Below are positions 1-9,477 of a DNA stretch of 64,000 bases, piece by piece (position 1 is the stretch's first letter; every line of letters starts with the position of its first letter). The position numbers and the translations under genes are program-made. The notes beneath the pieces are model-generated. The model saw only the letters and a list, made by a program, of their open reading frames with translations, had not been told where the DNA came from and ran no database searches. Origin of the DNA: Vicinamibacteria bacterium (GTDB lineage Bacteria; Acidobacteriota; Vicinamibacteria; Marinacidobacterales; Marinacidobacteraceae); assembly GCA_963555995.3 (NCBI GenBank), contig OY821641.1, positions 2,144,001-2,208,000 of the forward strand. The letters are read 5' to 3'.

Positions 1-2
1 CC

Positions 3-419
3 GCCGCCCTCATCCCGAACGTGATCTCCGGCGTCGTCTGCCTCGCCATGTTCCAGGGCGCCTACATGACGGAGATCGTGCGCGCCGGGATCCAGTCCAT
101 CCCGAAGACCCAGACGGAAGCGGGCCTCAGCATCGGGCTCTCGCGCTGGGAGCTCTGGCGGCGGGTGATCCTCCCCCAGGCGCTCCGGCGCGTGATCCCG
201 CCCCTCGCCGGCCAGTTCATCACCCTCGTCAAGGACTCCTCGATCCTCTCCCTCATCTCGATCCAGGAACTCACCTTCCTGGCGATGGAGACCGCGGTCT
301 CGACCACCCGCGTCTTCGAGGTGTGGATCACGGTCGCCGGGTTGTACTTCGGCCTGTGCTATCTCCTTTCGCTGGCCTTCGCCCGGCTCGAAAAGAGCAC
401 GGCAATGGCGCGGACATGA
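3..419 (+). CDS. Polar amino-acid ABC transporter permease (HisM/GlnP family), 5'-truncated by the window edge
   Basis: EAA-like loop ([24 protein letters not shown]), ILPQA and LVKDSS motifs; directly upstream of the ABC ATPase. Confidence 0.9.
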   Translation, partial: AALIPNVISGVVCLAMFQGAYMTEIVRAGIQSIPKTQTEAGLSIGLSRWELWRRVILPQALRRVIPPLAGQFITLVKDSSILSLISIQELTFLAMETAVSTTRVFEVWITVAGLYFGLCYLLSLAFARLEKSTAMART

Positions 420-432
420 GCGGCCGGAGCCC

Positions 433-1173
433 ATGAGCCCCAACGAACCGTTGATCGAACTCGACGGCGTCAGCAAGTGGTTCGGCGCGTTCCAGGTGCT
501 CCGCGACGTGAATCTTCGGGTCCACGAAGGCGAGCGCATCGTGATCTGCGGCCCGTCCGGGTCGGGCAAGTCCACGCTGATCCGGTGCATCAACCGCCTC
601 GAGGAACACCAGGAGGGACGCGTCGTCTTCGCCGGACGGGAGCTGGGCGCCGACACCGCCGACCTCACGCGGGTCCGTCGCGAGATCGGGATGGTGTTTC
701 AGGAGTTCAATCTCTTCCCCCACCTCACGGTGCTCGAGAACTGCATGCTGGGGCCGACCCGCGTGCTCGGGATGACCGCCGCCGAGGCCCGCGACCGCGC
801 CATGGAGTTCCTCGGCCGGGTCCGGATTCCGGAACAGGCCGGGAAACACCCGGCCCAACTCTCGGGCGGCCAGCAGCAGCGCGCGGCGATCGCGAGGTCG
901 CTCTGCATGAAGCCCCGGGTCATGCTGTTCGACGAACCGACCTCGGCGCTCGATCCCGTGATGATCAAGGAAGTCCTCGACGTGATGAACGACCTCGCCG
1001 AGAGCGGCATGACGATGATCGTGGTCACCCACGAGATGGGATTCGCCCGCACCGTCGCCGACCGGGTGGCCTTCATGGACGAGGGCGGCATCGTCGAGTG
1101 TCTGCCCCCGGACCGGTTCTTCGCGAACCCCGCCGACGAGCGCACGAAACGCTTCCTGAGCCAGATCCTGTGA
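433..1173 (+). CDS. Polar amino-acid ABC transporter ATP-binding protein (GlnQ family)
   Basis: Walker A GPSGSGKS, signature LSGGQQQR, Walker [21 protein letters not shown]. Confidence 0.95.
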   Translation: MSPNEPLIELDGVSKWFGAFQVLRDVNLRVHEGERIVICGPSGSGKSTLIRCINRLEEHQEGRVVFAGRELGADTADLTRVRREIGMVFQEFNLFPHLTVLENCMLGPTRVLGMTAAEARDRAMEFLGRVRIPEQAGKHPAQLSGGQQQRAAIARSLCMKPRVMLFDEPTSALDPVMIKEVLDVMNDLAESGMTMIVVTHEMGFARTVADRVAFMDEGGIVECLPPDRFFANPADERTKRFLSQIL

Positions 1174-1210
1174 ACGGAGCGCCGGGCCGATCCGCGTAAT
1201 GGCGCGTACG

Positions 1211-1245
1211 GCTTGGAACGCCGGCTTCAGCCGGCACAGCCCGCC
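1211..1245 (+). repeat. REP-like palindrome; left half of a REP doublet interrupted by IS1634 and a MITE
   Basis: GCTTGGAACGCCGGCTTCAGCCGGCAC matches copies at about 24260, 27438, 47576, 54090 and 61024. Confidence 0.8.
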
Positions 1246-1340
1246 CTAGCCGGAAGTTTCGGGCCCTGAATCGGGCCAAGCGACCGAGTGTCATGGAGTT
1301 AGGGGTGTTTCGGGATGTAATATGCAGCCACTAATATGAC

Positions 1341-1369
1341 TTGACATGAGTCGCCGTGTCCCTAATGCT
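1341..1369 (+). promoter_or_regulatory. Putative sigma70 promoter of the IS1634 transposase
   Basis: TTGACA (1341-1346), 17-bp spacer, AATGCT (1364-1369); would start transcription near the ATG at 1377 (leaderless). Confidence 0.45.
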
Positions 1370-1376
1370 ACGAGGT

Positions 1377-3134
1377 ATGCCGCCGCGAAAATACGCCGTC
1401 CACGTAGCCACAACACAACGACACTACAAGGGCAAGACCTACCGATCCCACCTCCTGCGCCGAACCTTCCGCGAAAACGGGAAGGTCAAACACCAGACCC
1501 TCGGCAACCTCTCCCACCTGCCCGATCCGGTCATCACTCTCATCCGCAGAGGACTCAAGGGCGAAACCCTCGTCGCACCCGACGACGCCTTCGACTGCCA
1601 GCGCAGCCTCCCCCACGGACACGTCGCCGCCACCCTCGGATCCCTCCGACGCCTCGGACTCCACTCCCTCATCGCCCGCGCCCCCAGCCGGCTCCGCGAT
1701 CTCGCCGTCGCCCTCATCGTCGCCCGCGTCATCGACCCCCGCTCCAAGCTCGCCACCGCACGCGCCCTCAACCCACAAACCGCCGTCTCCTCCCTCGGAG
1801 AAATGCTCCAACTCGGCGACGTCGACCAGCACGAGCTCTACGACGCCATGGACTGGCTCCTCCGACGCCAGCCCGGCATCGAACAGCGTCTCGCCCGCCG
1901 GCACCTCGAAGACAACACCCTCGTCCTCTACGACCTCACCTCCACCTACGTGGAAGGAACCCACTGCCCCCTCGCACAGCGCGGCTACTCCCGCGACGGA
2001 AAGAAGAACAAGCTCCAGATCGTCTTCGGACTGCTCTGCTCCCCCGAGGGCTGCCCCATCGCCGTCGAGGTCTTCGAGGGCTCGACCAGCGACCCCAGGA
2101 CCGTCGCCTCCCAGGTGCAAAAGCTCCGCACCCGCTTCGGCCTCGCCCGCGTCGTCCTGGTCGGCGATCGCGGCATGCTCACCTCCGCCCGCATCCGCGA
2201 GGACCTCGCCGGTGTCGAGGGGCTGCGCTGGATCACCGCCCTCCGCGCCCCCACCATCAAGAAACTCCTCGCCGACGGGACCGTGAACCCCTCCCTCTTC
2301 GACCAGCGGGATCTCGCCGAGGTCACCTCCGACGACTTCCCCGGCGAGCGCCTCATCGTCTGCCGCAACCCCCGCCTCGCCGCCGAGCGCCGCCGTAAGC
2401 GCAACGAACTCCTCGGCGCCACCGAAGCTCTTCTCGAACCCATCCAGGCGGCCACCCAACGCGAACGGCGCCCCCTCCGCGGAAAGGATCACATCGGCGT
2501 CCGCGTCGGCAAGGTCATCGACCGCTACAAGGTCGCCAAGCACTTCCAGACCGACATCACCGACGACTCCTTCTCCTTCGAACGGCTCTGCGAACAGATC
2601 GCCACCGAAGAACAACTCGACGGCCTCTACGTCATCCGCTCCAACGTCGAGCCCGAGCGCCTCGACGCCCCCCAAACCGTCCGCGCCTACAAGAACCTCT
2701 CCCGCGTCGAGCGCGCCTTCCGCTCCCTCAAATCCGTCGACCTCAAGGTCAGACCGATCCACCACCGACGCTCCGACCGCGTCCGCGCCCACGTCTTCCT
2801 CTGCATGCTCGCCTACTACGTCGAGTGGCACATGCGAAACGACCTCGCACCCCTCCTCTTCGACGACCACCACCCCGAAGCCGCCGAATCCCTCCGGGAC
2901 TCCGTCGTCGAACCCGCCCAGCGCTCGCCCGCCGCCCAGAAGAAGGCCGCCACCAAGCGCACTCACGACGGCCTCCCCGTCCAATCCTTCCGGTCCCTCC
3001 TCGCCGATCTCGGCACCCTCACCCGAAACACCATGCAACTCAACGACGCCGAAACCACCTTCACCCTCTACGCCAATCCCACCTCCGTCCAGCAACGATC
3101 CCTCGATCTACTCCACGTCTCACACCGAATGTAG
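1377..3134 (+). CDS. IS1634-family DDE transposase
   Basis: LPHGHVAA, LYDLTSTY, GYSRDGK, VGDRGM, YKNLSRVERAFR and RVRAHVFLCMLAY motifs; start is 1377 (ATG) or 1356 (GTG). Confidence 0.9.
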   Translation: MPPRKYAVHVATTQRHYKGKTYRSHLLRRTFRENGKVKHQTLGNLSHLPDPVITLIRRGLKGETLVAPDDAFDCQRSLPHGHVAATLGSLRRLGLHSLIARAPSRLRDLAVALIVARVIDPRSKLATARALNPQTAVSSLGEMLQLGDVDQHELYDAMDWLLRRQPGIEQRLARRHLEDNTLVLYDLTSTYVEGTHCPLAQRGYSRDGKKNKLQIVFGLLCSPEGCPIAVEVFEGSTSDPRTVASQVQKLRTRFGLARVVLVGDRGMLTSARIREDLAGVEGLRWITALRAPTIKKLLADGTVNPSLFDQRDLAEVTSDDFPGERLIVCRNPRLAAERRRKRNELLGATEALLEPIQAATQRERRPLRGKDHIGVRVGKVIDRYKVAKHFQTDITDDSFSFERLCEQIATEEQLDGLYVIRSNVEPERLDAPQTVRAYKNLSRVERAFRSLKSVDLKVRPIHHRRSDRVRAHVFLCMLAYYVEWHMRNDLAPLLFDDHHPEAAESLRDSVVEPAQRSPAAQKKAATKRTHDGLPVQSFRSLLADLGTLTRNTMQLNDAETTFTLYANPTSVQQRSLDLLHVSHRM

Positions 3135-3212
3135 CCACTACACGACAACACCCAAATCCCACAACTCACTCAAAATACGGGCCTTACACGAAATCAGGCC
3201 CGAAACTTCCGC

Positions 3213-3489
3213 CTAGCAGCCCGTGGACAAAGTCACGCGGCATTCCCGAGCCAAGAGGGATAGGAGCCGGGTGAACCCGTCCCCTATCCCTCTCGCTCCG
3301 GGGTCTGCGCGGGGCTCACGCCCCGCTAACGACGCGAACGCCGATGCATCCCGCCTGAACCGCGCCTCTACGAGGCGCTCTGCGTTGCGTTTCGGTCGGA
3401 ATACGCTCGGTATTCCTCCCTCACGCGCCTTGTCAGCCGGGCGCCTCGGCGTTCTCGGTGCTCACGTCACTTTATCCACAGGCTGCTAG
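3213..3489. mobile_element. MITE, non-coding, about 277 bp
   Basis: 27-bp imperfect TIR CTAGCAGCCYGTGGAYAAAGTSACGYG at both ends; internal hairpin AGAGGGATAGG...CCTATCCCTCT; related copies at 12646 and 20804. Confidence 0.75.
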
Positions 3490-3614
3490 GCGGGCGGCGG
3501 GATGGACTTCATCCGTGGAGATGGGCCACCGCCCGGGACATCCGGCAACCCGGCGATTCGCCCTTCCGCTGCGCTCCGCGCAGCGGTTGCCGGCTGAAGC
3601 CGGCGTTCCCGACC
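3490..3614 (-). repeat. Right half of the interrupted REP doublet
   Basis: CCGCTGCGCTCCGCGCAGCGG hairpin followed by inverted REP TGCCGGCTGAAGCCGGCGTTCC, as in the intact doublet at 24257-24424. Confidence 0.75.
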
Positions 3615-3650
3615 GTCGCGCCATCGTGCCGGTGTGAACCGGCGCTCCTC

Positions 3651-4775
3651 TCAGACTTCCAGCAGCAGCGCGGCGAGGAGGGCGGCGCGGCGGGGGAGGT
3701 CCGCCGTCACGACCTGCTCGTGGCGGGCGTGGGCGCCGTCCCCGAGCGGGCCGAGGCCGTCCAGCACCGGAACGCCGAGGCCGGCCACGATGTTGCCGTC
3801 CGAACCGCCACCGGCCGAGCCCTCGCCGAGTTCCCAGCCGAGTTCGCCGGCCAGCCGCCGGGCCCGCTCGTAGAGCGTCACGACGCCCTCGTTCCGCACG
3901 AGCGCCGGCCGGTTCACCCCACCGGTCCACTCCACTTCGGCCTCGGGGTGTTGCGCGCCCAGGTCCCGGAGAGCCGCAATCAGCCGCTCTCCCGATTCCG
4001 GGTCGTCCATCCGGATGTCCACGTCGGCGGACGCCTCGGCCGGGACGACGTTGGTGCGCGACCCGCCCCGGATCAGCCCTACGTTCACGGTAACGCCCCG
4101 CTTCGGCGCCGAGAGCGCGGCGGCGGCGCCCACGATGCCCGCGAGTTCGGTGATCGCGTTGATGCCGCGCTCGGGGTCGAGACCCGCATGGGCGGCGCGT
4201 CCCCGAACCGTCACCCGGAGGATCCCGACGCCGCGCCGGCCGGTCTTGGCGCCGCCGCCGGGCAGCGACGGCTCCATCACGAGGCAGGCAGCCGCCCTCG
4301 CGGCTTCCGCTTCGATGAACTCCCGGCTCGCCGCGCTTCCCGCCTCTTCATCGGTGTTCCAGAGGATGGTGAGCGGCCGGCGCGGCCGGATTCCCTCCCG
4401 GTCCAGAAGCCGGAGCGCCGCGATGGTCTGCACGAGGCCCGCCTTCATGTCATAGACACCCGGACCCCGGGCCACCCCATCCTCGATCCGGAACGGGATT
4501 TCCGCCAGCGTTCCGTGGGGCCAGACGGTGTCCAGGTGACCGAGCAGGAGCAGCGGTCCGGTCCCCGCCCCGGCTCCCGGAATCCGAACCAGCCGATGCG
4601 GTCCACGCGGCGTTCCGGGATTCGTCCCGGTGACGCGGGACACGGAGGCTCCCGTCAGGAAATTCCGGGCGTCGCCGAGGAGTGCGGAGACGGCCTCGTC
4701 GCCCATGCGGGCGGTGGCCTCCGGGTCGTCGGTGGGCGATTCGATGCCGACGAACCGCCCCAGCATCTCCTCCAT
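3651..4775 (-). CDS. M20 family metallopeptidase (glutamate carboxypeptidase-like)
   Basis: GHLDTVW, GPGVYDMKAG, DEEAGS, AAHAG and DGLGPLGDGAH motifs; start codon uncertain. Confidence 0.9.
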   Translation of the reverse strand: MEEMLGRFVGIESPTDDPEATARMGDEAVSALLGDARNFLTGASVSRVTGTNPGTPRGPHRLVRIPGAGAGTGPLLLLGHLDTVWPHGTLAEIPFRIEDGVARGPGVYDMKAGLVQTIAALRLLDREGIRPRRPLTILWNTDEEAGSAASREFIEAEAARAAACLVMEPSLPGGGAKTGRRGVGILRVTVRGRAAHAGLDPERGINAITELAGIVGAAAALSAPKRGVTVNVGLIRGGSRTNVVPAEASADVDIRMDDPESGERLIAALRDLGAQHPEAEVEWTGGVNRPALVRNEGVVTLYERARRLAGELGWELGEGSAGGGSDGNIVAGLGVPVLDGLGPLGDGAHARHEQVVTADLPRRAALLAALLLEV

Positions 4776-4827
4776 CCGGGGCTGCTCCCCGCTCAAGGCG
4801 GAGAGCAGCCCCTTGATGTCTGCCGGA

Positions 4828-6605
4828 CTATTCGGCGATTTGATTCCTGACCTCCTGGAGCACCGCGATCCGCTCGGCCAGCACGGGATCCTGGACACCG
4901 AGCGCCACGGCCCTCTCGTACTGCGCGGCGGCGGCGGCCACCCGCTCGTAGTCGGCATCGCTCGCCGGACAGCCCACTCCAGCCGCCTGCATCCGTTCGC
5001 CGAACGTGGCGTCCTTCAGTCGGCAGGGGCCGTACGCGATCTGAGCGGTGTGTGCCCACGCCAGCATCTGGAACGGCGCTCCCCAACCGTCCATCTTCTG
5101 GGTCGCCTCCGAGAACTGGGTCTCCGCGCCGGCGAAGTTGTTCGATGCCATGTACGCCTGGCCGAGCGCCCAGTGGCCGACCGCGAGGTCGTCCATGTTC
5201 CCGTCGGCCGGGAAGTTGGGGACCCCCGATTCGAGGATCGGCACCGCGTCGGCGACCTGCTGGCTCATGATGAGCGCGATGCCGTGCTCCACCTGGTAGA
5301 CCGGGTTGTCGGGATCGGCGGCGCTCGCCGCCTGCGCCGCGGCGAGGGCGCCGGGGAAGTCCTGGGCCTGGCGCTTGGCCTTGGCGCTCGCGTGGCTCGC
5401 CATGCCGAGTCCCGCCTTGGCTTCCTCCGAGTTGGGATCGGCGGCGACCGCCGCGTTCATCTGGGTAACCGCTTCGTCGAAGTTCAGGTCCTGGATGGCG
5501 AAACGGCCGAGCGCGACGTGGGCCGTCACCCGGGAGGCCGGCGGAGTGTTCTCCAGCGTCGTGACCTTGCGGTAGTAGCTCGTCGCCTGTCCCCGGTTCT
5601 CGAGCGCCTCGTACACCTGGGCGAACGCGAGGTTCGCCGCCGGGTCGTCCGGGTTCACGGTCACCGCCATCGACAGGTCGCCCTGGGCCTCGGCCGAGTT
5701 GCCGAGAGCGTTGTTCGCGAGGCCCCGGATCCCGTAGGCCGCCGTCAACTGGTCGTTCAGGCCGAGCGCGGCGGTCGCCGCGTCCACCGCCGCCTGAAAG
5801 TCCTCGCGCTCGTAGTAGATGTCGGCGAGGCCGGCGTGGGCGCGGGCGGTGTTCGGGTCGAGTTCGACCGCGCGCCGGAACGAAGCCTCTGCCTCGTCGA
5901 GGTCGCCCCCGGCGGCGGCGGCCTGGCCGAGGGTCGAGTGGGCCATGGCGCTGTCGGGTTCGATCTCCAGGGCGCGCCGGGCCATGCTGGAAGCTTCCTC
6001 GAACTGCCCCTGCCGGGCCATGCTGGACCCGATCGCGACGAAGGTGCTCGCCGGCGGGTTCGGATTCAGTTCGATCACCTTCTGCCCGGCCTCGATGACC
6101 TTGAGGTCGTTCTCGAGCATCCCGTAGGCGCTCGTCACCGCGGTCCAGGCTTCGAGGATCTCATCGGCGTCCTCGACGTTCTCGAACGCCCAGCCGTCAA
6201 TGTCCTCCTCCTCCGTCGGGGGATCCGTCATCAGCGCCTCCTCGAAGGTTCTGGCGACGTTCTCCCACTCTTCGAAGTGGAGGTAGATGCGGCCGAGCCG
6301 CAGGCGGATGTCCCGGCGGTAGGGATGGTCCTGCAGCACCCGGAGGAAGAGGCCCCCCGCCTGGCTGTAGGCCGCCTGCGCGGCCTCCGCATCTTCACTG
6401 CGAAGCGCGCGCTCGGCGTCGTCGAGATGATCCTCGGCGATGTCAATGGCGCGGGAGACCTCCCGGCGGTTGAGCGGCGCCTCGTCCTGTGCGAGGACGC
6501 TCGGGACGCCACGACGGCGGCCAGGCCCAGTACCGCAAAGGGGAAGAACCGGCGTCGGATACCGGCTGACCGGCGGGGCGCCGGGTGAAAGGTCCTTTGA
6601 ATCAT
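4828..6605 (-). CDS. Secreted TPR-repeat protein with an apparent frameshift at about 6510 in the signal peptide (pseudogene or sequencing error)
   Basis: Many TPR-like repeats (AEASFRRAVELDPNTARAHAGLA); the signal peptide MIQRTF...FAVLGLAAVV is in a different frame from VPSVLAQDE. Confidence 0.75.
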
Positions 6606-6743
6606 GCAATGCCTCCGGTCGTGGCGGCGCCGCTCGGTCGCGGCGAGGCGAATTCAGGATCGTACGCCAGCCGGGGGCGGCCCTTCAACAGGGGCGGACG
6701 GCGGAATGCCGGGGGATGCCGGAGGGAATACACTCATCCCACC

Positions 6744-8258
6744 ATGACCGCCCGGGGACGAACGATGCGCGTGCTGGCCGCGCTCTGCCTCACGGCCACC
6801 GGCTGCGGGGGTCTCCGGGCGCCCGTGGCGGATCCGGACGTCGAGTTCACCCCCGAGCCGGCGGCCCCACCGGCGGCCGAACCCGCCGGTACCCCGGCGG
6901 CGGATTGGTGGACCTCGTTCGGAGACCCGGCGCTGGACCATGTGGTGGAACGGGCGCTCGCGGGGAACCTGACCCTCCGGGAGACGGCGGCGCGGCTCGC
7001 CCAGGCGGCGGCGGACGCCGGGATCGCCCGCAGCGCGCTCTATCCCCAGGTGGGGACGGGGGTGGAGCGCCTGCAGGCCCGGCAGGCGTTCATCGGCCTG
7101 CCGATCTCGGATATTGCCGGATCCATCGGGCTGCCGATCCCGGGGCTCGGGGAGGACGAGGTGCTGACTGCGGACTTCGTCCGTTACGGGCTCTCGCTGG
7201 ACCTGACCTGGGAAGCGAACCTGTGGCGCGCGGCGACGCCGCGGGCGCGGGCCGCGAACGCGGTCATGGAGGCGGCGGTGGCCGAGGTCGCGGGGGCGCG
7301 GGTCTCCCTGGCCGGCCAGGCCGCCCGCCTGTATTTCCTCGCGGTCGAGGCCCGCGAGCAGGCGCGCATCGCGGGAGAGATCGCGGCCAACTGGGAAGAG
7401 ACGCGGCGGTGGACGCACGAGCGGGCGCGCATCGGGGAGGCGGCACTCGCCGAGGTGGACGCCGCGGAGGCCCGACTCGCCGAGGCCCGGGCGACGGCCG
7501 CGAGCCGGCGGCAGGCGAGTTCCGCGGCGGTGCGGGGCCTGGAAGTCCTCTTCACCGACTATCCCGACGGGAAACCCGGCCCCGACTGGGAACTCGGCGG
7601 CGGTCTGCCCGCGGTCCGGAGCCAGGTCCCGGCGGGAGCGCCGGCGGACCTCATCTCCCGGCGCCCGGACGTGGCCAGCGCGGAGCGGCGCCTCGCCATG
7701 TCCCGGGAGTTCACCGAAATGGCGCGGCGGGCGCGCTATCCCCAGTTTCCGCTGACCGGCTCGGTCGGCACCGCCAGCACGGAACTGCGGCAGCTCGTGA
7801 ACGGCGACTTCTCCGTCTGGAGCCTGATCGCGCGGATCGCGGCCCCGGTGTTCCAGGGGGGCCGGATCCGGGCGCAGATCCGCCAGGAGGAGGCGCGCGA
7901 CCGGGAGGCGGTGGCGGTATACGCCCGGACGGTGTTGACGGCGTACCAGGAGGTGGAGGCGGGTCTCTCGGCGGAGGAAGCGCTTTCCGAGGTGGAATCG
8001 CGGTCGGCGGAAGCGCTGGAGGCGAGCCGGCGCGCGCTGGCGCGGACCTCGGCCCAGCGCCGGAGCGGATTCGTCTCCCGGTTGGCCGAACTCGACGCGG
8101 AGCGGGCGGTGCTGGCGGCGGAGGCGGGCCATCTCTCGCAGGTGCGGGCGCGGCTGGACAACCGGGTGAACCTCTCGCTGGCGCTCGGGGGCGGCTTCGA
8201 GCGCACGAACGGTGAAGAAACCGCCGCGGCAAACGGTCCAACCGGGAGTTCCCGCTGA
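6744..8258 (+). CDS. RND efflux outer-membrane lipoprotein (NodT/OprM family)
   Basis: Lipobox LTATGC, WWTSFGDPALD, RRPDVASAER, C-terminal ALGGG. Confidence 0.9.
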   Translation: MTARGRTMRVLAALCLTATGCGGLRAPVADPDVEFTPEPAAPPAAEPAGTPAADWWTSFGDPALDHVVERALAGNLTLRETAARLAQAAADAGIARSALYPQVGTGVERLQARQAFIGLPISDIAGSIGLPIPGLGEDEVLTADFVRYGLSLDLTWEANLWRAATPRARAANAVMEAAVAEVAGARVSLAGQAARLYFLAVEAREQARIAGEIAANWEETRRWTHERARIGEAALAEVDAAEARLAEARATAASRRQASSAAVRGLEVLFTDYPDGKPGPDWELGGGLPAVRSQVPAGAPADLISRRPDVASAERRLAMSREFTEMARRARYPQFPLTGSVGTASTELRQLVNGDFSVWSLIARIAAPVFQGGRIRAQIRQEEARDREAVAVYARTVLTAYQEVEAGLSAEEALSEVESRSAEALEASRRALARTSAQRRSGFVSRLAELDAERAVLAAEAGHLSQVRARLDNRVNLSLALGGGFERTNGEETAAANGPTGSSR

Positions 8259-9457
8259 TGTTCCGAAGGTTCCTCTTCGTTCCCATCCTGCTCGCCGCGG
8301 TGGCGCTGGCGGGCCTGCTCACCGCGCTCGGGCCGAAGCCCGAGGCGCAGGAAATCGAGACGGTGCTCCCCGAGGTGCGCGCGGTGCGCATCCAGGTGGG
8401 CCCGTACCGGGTGAGCGTGAGCGCGGACGGCGCGGTGCGGCCGGGGCGCCGGACGACGGTGGCGGCCGAGGTCGCGGGCCAGGTGATCTGGGCGGCGGCC
8501 GGCCTCCGGGACGGGATTCGCGTCGAAGAGGGCGCCCCCCTCTTCCGGATCGAGCCCCTGGCGTACGAGCACGCGGTAACCCAGGCGCAGAGCCAACGGG
8601 AACAGGCCCGGCTGCGGTTGCGGACCGAACAGGGACTGGCGAAGCTGGCGGACGAGGAGTGGTCGGGAGAGGGGACCGAGCCGGATGCCCTCGCGCTCCG
8701 GGTCCCCCAACTGGCGGCGGCGCAGGCGGCGCTGGCCGCCGCCGAGGCGGCGGTCCGGCGGGCGGAACGCGACCTGGATCGGACGGAGGTCCGGGCGCCG
8801 CACGCGGGCCTCGTGGGAACGCGGAACGCCGAGGTCGGGGAGTGGGCGGCGCCCGGATCCCCACTGCTCGAACTGCTCGCGGTGGACGTGGTGGAGACGC
8901 GCGTTTCCCTCCCGGATGCGGCGCTGGAACTGGTGGACCTCCCGTTCGGGGGCGTCTCGTCCGGGCCCGGACCGCGAGCGCGCCTGACCGCGGTGCTGGG
9001 ACCGGCGCTCGCGCAGACTGCCTGGACCTGGGAGGGCCGGCTGGTACGGATGGAGGGTGAGGTGGACCCGGCCACCCGCTTCTTCCCGGCGGTGATCGAG
9101 GTGCGCGACCCCTACGGACCGGGACCGGAGGGGCGTCCGCCGCTCGTCGCCGGGATGTTCGTGCGCGCCGAGATCGAGGGCCGGGAATACCCCGAAATCG
9201 CGGTCGTGCCGCGCAGCGCCTTCCGCGAGGACGGACGGGTGCTGGTGGTGGACGGCGGCGACCAGATACGGATCCGCGAGGTGGACGCCTTCTGGTCGTC
9301 GGATGACGGGGACCTGCTGGTGCGCCGGGGGCTCCGTGACGGAGAGCGGGTGGTCACGAATCCGCCCCCGATCGTCACCGAAGGGATGGAAGTGCGGGTC
9401 GCGCCGGCGGCCGGCCAGCCGGCCGCCGCCGAGGAACCGCCGGGGACCGACCGGTAA
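8258..9457 (+). CDS. RND efflux periplasmic adaptor (MFP)
   Basis: N-terminal TM, AEVAGQV lipoyl half, RAPHAG, VDPATR, VPRSA. Confidence 0.9.
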   Translation: MFRRFLFVPILLAAVALAGLLTALGPKPEAQEIETVLPEVRAVRIQVGPYRVSVSADGAVRPGRRTTVAAEVAGQVIWAAAGLRDGIRVEEGAPLFRIEPLAYEHAVTQAQSQREQARLRLRTEQGLAKLADEEWSGEGTEPDALALRVPQLAAAQAALAAAEAAVRRAERDLDRTEVRAPHAGLVGTRNAEVGEWAAPGSPLLELLAVDVVETRVSLPDAALELVDLPFGGVSSGPGPRARLTAVLGPALAQTAWTWEGRLVRMEGEVDPATRFFPAVIEVRDPYGPGPEGRPPLVAGMFVRAEIEGREYPEIAVVPRSAFREDGRVLVVDGGDQIRIREVDAFWSSDDGDLLVRRGLRDGERVVTNPPPIVTEGMEVRVAPAAGQPAAAEEPPGTDR

Positions 9458-9477
9458 CCCGAAGGCGGAGGCCGGGG

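Larger units (their letters stand above)
1251..3211 (+). mobile_element. IS1634-family insertion sequence
   Basis: Perfect 15-bp terminal IR CGGAAGTTTCGGGCC (1251-1265 / 3197-3211); flanking direct repeat CCTAGC (1245-1250 / 3212-3217); single DDE transposase. Confidence 0.9.

Noticed and set aside
1368-3095. 575-aa antisense ORF in IS1634 and many similar long antisense or Arg/Pro-rich ORFs
   Set aside because: Typical high-GC shadow ORFs opposite real genes, with no family motifs
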